DNA of 20,000 bases from IMG/VR virus record IMGVR_UViG_3300005201_000009; one strand, written 5' to 3'. Position 1 is the stretch's first letter, and each line of letters opens with the position of its first letter. Origin of the DNA: an uncultured virus (IMG/VR IMGVR_UViG_3300005201_000009) (lineage: Duplodnaviria > Heunggongvirae > Uroviricota > Caudoviricetes). The notes below the pieces were generated by a model. That model was not told where the DNA came from and ran no database searches. It saw only the letters and a list, made by a program, of their open reading frames with translations. Made by a program: the position numbers and the translations under genes. Below, piece after piece: positions 15,619-20,000 of this stretch.

Positions 15619-15634
15619 TGTACAGGAGGAGCAG

Positions 15635-16087
15635 ATGAAGACAGTTACTACTCCGCCGGGTACGTGCTGCGAGTGCGGCAAGCCTTTAAGCGAGTTTCAC
15701 CAGTACCTACCAGACGGCACACCTATTTGTTATGTATGCCACACGCGGTTAGGTAGCATCCCTACCGGGCGCAAAGACGACGCCGGCAAGCCGCGTATGG
15801 GGCTGGTTCCGTTCGACGCGCTGGTTGAGGTTGCGAAGGTGCTGACCTATGGCACGCAGAAATATGCTCCAGACAACTGGAAGAAAGTGCCGGACGCGGC
15901 AGGTAGATATACCGACGCGCTGTTGCGGCATTTTGCGGCGTGGCAGGGCGGTGAGGTGTTTGACCCCGAGGCGGGGGACGTGAAAATACGGCATATCGCG
16001 CAGGTTGCGTGCAATGCTTTATTTTTAATCTGGTTTGAACTACAGAAGGAGAAAGAAAATGGCAGTAAGCATGGAAACGACAACTAA
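15635..16087 (+). CDS. dATP/dGTP diphosphohydrolase domain protein (DUF5664) with N-terminal zinc finger
   Basis: GRKDDAGKPRMGLVP...VLTYGTQKYAPDNWKKV...RYTDALLRH...GE..DPE...HIAQVACNALFL. Confidence 0.85.
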   Translation: MKTVTTPPGTCCECGKPLSEFHQYLPDGTPICYVCHTRLGSIPTGRKDDAGKPRMGLVPFDALVEVAKVLTYGTQKYAPDNWKKVPDAAGRYTDALLRHFAAWQGGEVFDPEAGDVKIRHIAQVACNALFLIWFELQKEKENGSKHGNDN

Positions 16088-16256
16088 GTGTACGTACAAG
16101 GCGACGATGGGGCGCATTGAGATGTGGGAAGAGGGCAATAGTGTACAGGTCGACATTAGCGGCTACCGGACGACAAAGCCCGAGCTTTTGCGCGAGTTCG
16201 CGGCGCTGCTTAACGACGTGGCGACGAAGATGGAAGCGGGAGGGTCGTTGGGATGA
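16059..16256 (+). CDS. Hypothetical protein
   Basis: MAVSMETT...; AAGGAG RBS. Confidence 0.7.
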   Translation: MAVSMETTTKCTYKATMGRIEMWEEGNSVQVDISGYRTTKPELLREFAALLNDVATKMEAGGSLG

Positions 16257-16615
16257 ATAATCTAAATAGCAATCTCATCGAGGGCACAATTAAGGGAAAG
16301 CCGATAAAGCATACCGATGCGGACGGCGCTGTCACCTGTACATTCGACATTATATCGAAGCGGGAAGGCTTCCGCTACAACGGAAAGCCTTATCGGGAAG
16401 ATTCGCGTTTTTCGGTTCTTGCCGAAGGCAAGCTGGCTGACGCTGTTTTTGACAAGGGCAAAAACGGCAGAGGCGTTCGGGTAGTAGGCAGGCTGCGCTC
16501 TGAGGACTGCCCCGATGACGACGAACGCTTGCCGTCGAGAGTGGTTACCGTCGCCGAGCACATCGAGATAAGGCCGGAGTTTAAAAAGCGGCTATCGACC
16601 AAGAAGGAGGAGTAA
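16253..16615 (+). CDS. ssb: Single-stranded DNA-binding protein
   Basis: MNNLNSNLIEG...GKLAD...GRGVRVVGRL...VAEHIEIRPE, resembling short spirochaete-type SSBs. Confidence 0.85.
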   Translation: MNNLNSNLIEGTIKGKPIKHTDADGAVTCTFDIISKREGFRYNGKPYREDSRFSVLAEGKLADAVFDKGKNGRGVRVVGRLRSEDCPDDDERLPSRVVTVAEHIEIRPEFKKRLSTKKEE

Positions 16616-16641
16616 GGTTATAATGGCAAAAGGAGACCGTA

Positions 16642-16827
16642 ATGACAAAAGCAAAAATTGAAGAGCTCGACAAGGCATACAAGGCTAAAATGGATGCACT
16701 TGATGATAGTGGCGACCTTGAAGAGTGTCACGGGGAAGCAGATAAATATCTTTGTGAACTGCTAAGCCAGTTAGGATTTAAAGGTACTGTTGAGTCCTTT
16801 TTAGCGCTCGACAAGTGGTATGCCTAG
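16642..16827 (+). CDS. Small phage protein (DLEECHGEADKYLCELL motif)
   Basis: 61 aa, AAGGAG RBS. Confidence 0.75.
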   Translation: MTKAKIEELDKAYKAKMDALDDSGDLEECHGEADKYLCELLSQLGFKGTVESFLALDKWYA

Positions 16828-17544
16828 ATGACAAAAGGAGAAACTATGGGAGAAAAGAGAGCATGGACGGCGCGCGGGACGATGCTGGACGCCGACGCGG
16901 ACGTTATTCGCGGGATAGCCGAGGCAAACCCCGTCGCGGCGCGGATATTCGTGACCGGCGAGGCGCATGAAAGCAGTTTAGGAGACGCCGCCGTGCGGCT
17001 GTTAGTGAACGTCAATGACACACTATACAAAAATGGCGCGGGACAGGAGCCACTGTTCGCGCAGACAAGGGAAGACACGGTGCGTATGACGCGCTTTGAC
17101 CCGGAGTTTGTGTGGAAGTGCTTCCACCCCGAGACGCTGGTAAAACTGGTTGAAGATGAGGCGGCGCGGCTAAAAGTGGATATAAACCCTTGGGAGATGG
17201 AGTGCTTCGATTTCTATGAGGAGATGGTGCGCGTTATCCGCAAAAAAGCCGGGCGCGAGGTTCCGATCGCGTGGAAAGATAGCGAGCTTGACGATTACTA
17301 CAGCGCGGTGTATCTTTCCGCTCTTCTTCTGTTTGAGAAGCCCGGCTATCTTGACATCCCGGTCGCGCAGTATTTCGCGCAGCCGAAAGTCGCGCAGTGG
17401 ATGGCGTCGGTGGATTACCGGGAATTGACGGCGGCGGAGTTTGGAAAGCTGGAAGTGTTGCGCGGGGAGTACGGGAAAGTGCAGGCGCTGACAAACCCAG
17501 AGCTTAATTTTATTGTCGACTTATATGACAAGAGGAGGCAATAA
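16828..17544 (+). CDS. Hypothetical protein
   Basis: 238-aa ORF; alternative start at 16846 with AAGGAG RBS. Confidence 0.8.
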   Translation: MTKGETMGEKRAWTARGTMLDADADVIRGIAEANPVAARIFVTGEAHESSLGDAAVRLLVNVNDTLYKNGAGQEPLFAQTREDTVRMTRFDPEFVWKCFHPETLVKLVEDEAARLKVDINPWEMECFDFYEEMVRVIRKKAGREVPIAWKDSELDDYYSAVYLSALLLFEKPGYLDIPVAQYFAQPKVAQWMASVDYRELTAAEFGKLEVLRGEYGKVQALTNPELNFIVDLYDKRRQ

Positions 17545-17801
17545 TGGTTGCTAAGCTTAGGCACGCTTCTTTTGAGGGGATGGGTGAAATGGATGTGGCG
17601 AAAGCGTTACGCCTTACGGATTTCGACATCGTACCACGCATTTTTAGGCTGCCTGGGATGGGGACGGCATCTTTATCACAACTTAGATCTGCGATTAAAG
17701 CAGAGGAATTGACAGATGAAGAGTTTCTGGAAGGAAGGATAACTATTGGCGATGTGGTATATGTTTTACGTGATCTAGAGGTTAAGGAACATAAAGTATG
17801 A
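17544..17801 (+). CDS. Hypothetical protein with helix-hairpin-helix / RNAP alpha-CTD-like motif
   Basis: 85 aa; IFRLPGMGTASLSQLR; AGGAGG RBS. Confidence 0.6.
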   Translation: MVAKLRHASFEGMGEMDVAKALRLTDFDIVPRIFRLPGMGTASLSQLRSAIKAEELTDEEFLEGRITIGDVVYVLRDLEVKEHKV

Positions 17802-18343
17802 CACTATCGCCCGGCGTCGAGTTCGACGAACAAAAACACGAGTATTGGTACAATGGCAAGCAGCTCTCCGGCATCACCGGGCTGATAAATAAAAAACTCC
17901 GGCTGAAAATGCCGCAGGAGTTTCTCGAGGAGCATCAGGAAGAAGGCATCCACGTCCACAAGGCGATACAGAAGTGGATTGAGACCGGCGACTCAGGGAG
18001 CGTGCATCCGGGGGTGCGGTGGCTGACGGGGGAGTTCCGGGGGCACTACCCCAACGGGCAGATATATTCCGAGGTTTTGGTGTCTGATTTTGACCGGTAC
18101 GCGTCGGCGATAGACATCGTGCTGGCGATGGGCGACGGACTGACTATTTTTGACATTAAAAAAGGCGTCTTCAAAAGGGATTACGTAACGTGGCAACTTT
18201 CGATTTATAAGTATTTTGCAGAAAAGGTCGGGAAGCGCGTGGTTGACTGTGTGTGCCTCTGCCTGCGGGACAAGGAGTTCTACCCGATATTCCCGAAACC
18301 GGCAGAAGACGTGGAGAAACTGCTGTATGGGGCTACTGTTTAA
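17798..18343 (+). CDS. PD-(D/E)XK nuclease (phage exonuclease, Cas4-like fold)
   Basis: FDEQKHEY...SGIT...GIHVHKAI...SE...AIDIV...IFDIK...WQLSIY. Confidence 0.85.
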   Translation: MTLSPGVEFDEQKHEYWYNGKQLSGITGLINKKLRLKMPQEFLEEHQEEGIHVHKAIQKWIETGDSGSVHPGVRWLTGEFRGHYPNGQIYSEVLVSDFDRYASAIDIVLAMGDGLTIFDIKKGVFKRDYVTWQLSIYKYFAEKVGKRVVDCVCLCLRDKEFYPIFPKPAEDVEKLLYGATV

Positions 18344-19805
18344 ACACCCACTTATCCAATATCCTGTAAACTTCGCGGGCCTTCTTGAGCAGTAGCGCCT
18401 GGCCTACTTTGTCTTTGCGGTTGTAGCGTTTTGCTACGTCTGACGAAACCTTGTGGCCCATGAAGTATTCTTCAACGTCGCCTAAGCCGTTCGCGTTCAT
18501 CAATGTCTTCCAAAAGTGGCGGCCGGAGTAGAAGGTTATGTTTTCTTTTTTGATGTATGCGTCCACTTCATCCAGCCTAATGCCGAGCTTCGTGTGCAGC
18601 TTTTCGCACAATACGCGCTTTGCGCTCAAGTATACACGGGAATGTTTAACCGTAAATAAACAGTCGTCCTCGCGGGCGCCTGTTTTTCTGATGTACGCCA
18701 TTATTTTTTCATATGCAAACGGGTGCAGCGGTACAATACGGATGCCATTCTCGCTCTTGCTTGCCGGTATATCGATGAAGTAACAATCCTTTATCTTGAT
18801 AATGTCCTTTGTCTGCACGCGTTCAATTTCGCTGTTGCGCATATCGGTAGTGTAGATAAGCATATCGAGGAAGTACTCAAGTTCTTCGCGCCATTTACGG
18901 TTGAAGACGCCGTTTAATTTATCCAGCTCATAACAGCCGCGCGGTTTGCAATCAACTACTTTTAGTCTGGTTATCTTATCAAAGACGTTTTCGCTAATGA
19001 TACCGTTCATTACCATGTGATCGAAAATAGTGCTTACGCCGCTGAAATGCTGGTTTACCGTTTGAGCCTTGCTGCCGCTGCCGAGTTCGTGGGTTTGTAG
19101 CTTGGCGAGGAGCGGCGGGGTGATGCCGTCAAAATCGAATATGCCGTTTTTGCGCAGGAATGGTATAAAAACTTTACAAATCCATCTATGTGACGCCGCC
19201 CGCGCGCGCGGGTTAACATTTCTCCCGCGTTTTTGAGCTTCGTCAAAGTATGCGGATCCTTCCTTGTAGTAATTGCTCAGAATAGAGAACATTTTTTGAT
19301 CGGTGCTGTATAATTGTTTTTTCGCATAATAATCGTGCAGTATTCTTTCTCTGTTCTCTACGGCAAACTGTTCGGCAGCTTCGCGGTTGTTGGTGTGCGT
19401 ATTCCATCGAGAGTGTATAAGTTTTCCCTTTTCAATATAGCGGACGTAGTATAGAAAGCCGTATTTTTTACTGGAGACTTTGGCAAGGTTGTAGCCTTTT
19501 GCTTTTCGTTTCTCTGCGAACTGACCGTTGAGCGCTTTTAGTGATTGAATGGTGTCAGAGAATGTTGATTTATAGTACGAGCGCAGACTGTCAAGGTATT
19601 TATTGCTTTCAAGATTAATTTGCGGTCTTGTTTGTAACCACTCAGAAATAAGGTAGGCGTTAAAGCGAATCTCGTCGCCGTGTTGACCATGTACGTAAGT
19701 ATGTGGTATTATGCCGTTACGCACTAATACGTCAAGCGTTTGTTGATCTATACTGAGAGCGTATGCGGCTTGGCTAGGCGTTAAAAAAGGCGACAATGTA
19801 CTCAT
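18333..19805 (-). CDS. Tyrosine recombinase/integrase with N-terminal excisionase-like HTH
   Basis: Catalytic motifs TTDMRNSE, SKSENG, FYSGRH, MGH, AKRYN; N-terminal LTPSQAAYALSIDQQTL...GIIP...IRF. Confidence 0.9.
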   Translation of the reverse strand: MSTLSPFLTPSQAAYALSIDQQTLDVLVRNGIIPHTYVHGQHGDEIRFNAYLISEWLQTRPQINLESNKYLDSLRSYYKSTFSDTIQSLKALNGQFAEKRKAKGYNLAKVSSKKYGFLYYVRYIEKGKLIHSRWNTHTNNREAAEQFAVENRERILHDYYAKKQLYSTDQKMFSILSNYYKEGSAYFDEAQKRGRNVNPRARAASHRWICKVFIPFLRKNGIFDFDGITPPLLAKLQTHELGSGSKAQTVNQHFSGVSTIFDHMVMNGIISENVFDKITRLKVVDCKPRGCYELDKLNGVFNRKWREELEYFLDMLIYTTDMRNSEIERVQTKDIIKIKDCYFIDIPASKSENGIRIVPLHPFAYEKIMAYIRKTGAREDDCLFTVKHSRVYLSAKRVLCEKLHTKLGIRLDEVDAYIKKENITFYSGRHFWKTLMNANGLGDVEEYFMGHKVSSDVAKRYNRKDKVGQALLLKKAREVYRILDKWVFKQ

Positions 19806-19814
19806 AGCGAATTA

Positions 19815-19842
19815 TTATCGGCAGGCAACGGTGGAATCTTGA
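19815..19842 (-). promoter_or_regulatory. Sigma28 (FliA/WhiG)-type promoter
   Basis: Minus strand TCAA-N16-GCCGATAA, 9 nt upstream of the integrase ATG. Confidence 0.65.
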
Positions 19843-19912
19843 GCCAGTTTCGAGCCGGTTTTTATCTATTTCAAAGAAATCGAAAAATATTTGCTTTTTT
19901 TACAAAAAGTGC

Positions 19913-19941
19913 TTGACAAAGTTTAAATTCTGTGATATTGT
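19913..19941 (+). promoter_or_regulatory. Sigma70 promoter pointing out of the window
   Basis: TTGACA-N17-TATTGT with TGa extension. Confidence 0.65.
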
Positions 19942-20000
19942 GGTATTAAGATAAAGAATAGGTTTGTTTGGCCGCCACTTCATATATATACACCATTTTT

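Noticed and set aside
17798..18343. cas4 as evidence of a CRISPR-Cas system
   Set aside because: Stand-alone phage PD-(D/E)XK nuclease next to SSB; no array or other cas genes.

Overview
Phage or prophage DNA, probably from a spirochaete (Treponema-like) host. The host call is an inference from the SSB N-terminus, TTTTCCACA DnaA-box-like 9-mers and a sigma28-type promoter. Left arm (minus strand): partial DUF1073-type portal, two hypothetical genes, large terminase with a 402-aa intein, probable small terminase, AntA/AntB antirepressor and a divergent sigma-factor-like gene. Centre (about 7900-9260): AT-rich divergent control region with a ~55-bp inverted repeat pair, tandem repeats and DnaA-box-like direct repeats. 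Right arm (plus strand): about 25 small early-type genes, including a DUF5664 dNTP diphosphohydrolase, SSB and a PD-(D/E)XK nuclease, ending against a convergent HTH-fused tyrosine recombinase. Main highlights: (1) the intein's HNH endonuclease is a separate gene overprinted in another reading frame; (2) eleven copies of a strictly spaced TTTTACACAC-N15-CGT(T/A) promoter-like motif, with a candidate phage-encoded sigma factor; (3) a c4/CI-like cloverleaf RNA with a 16-nt segment exactly complementary to the leader of that sigma-like gene. All family assignments are from motif recognition by eye; no searches were run.
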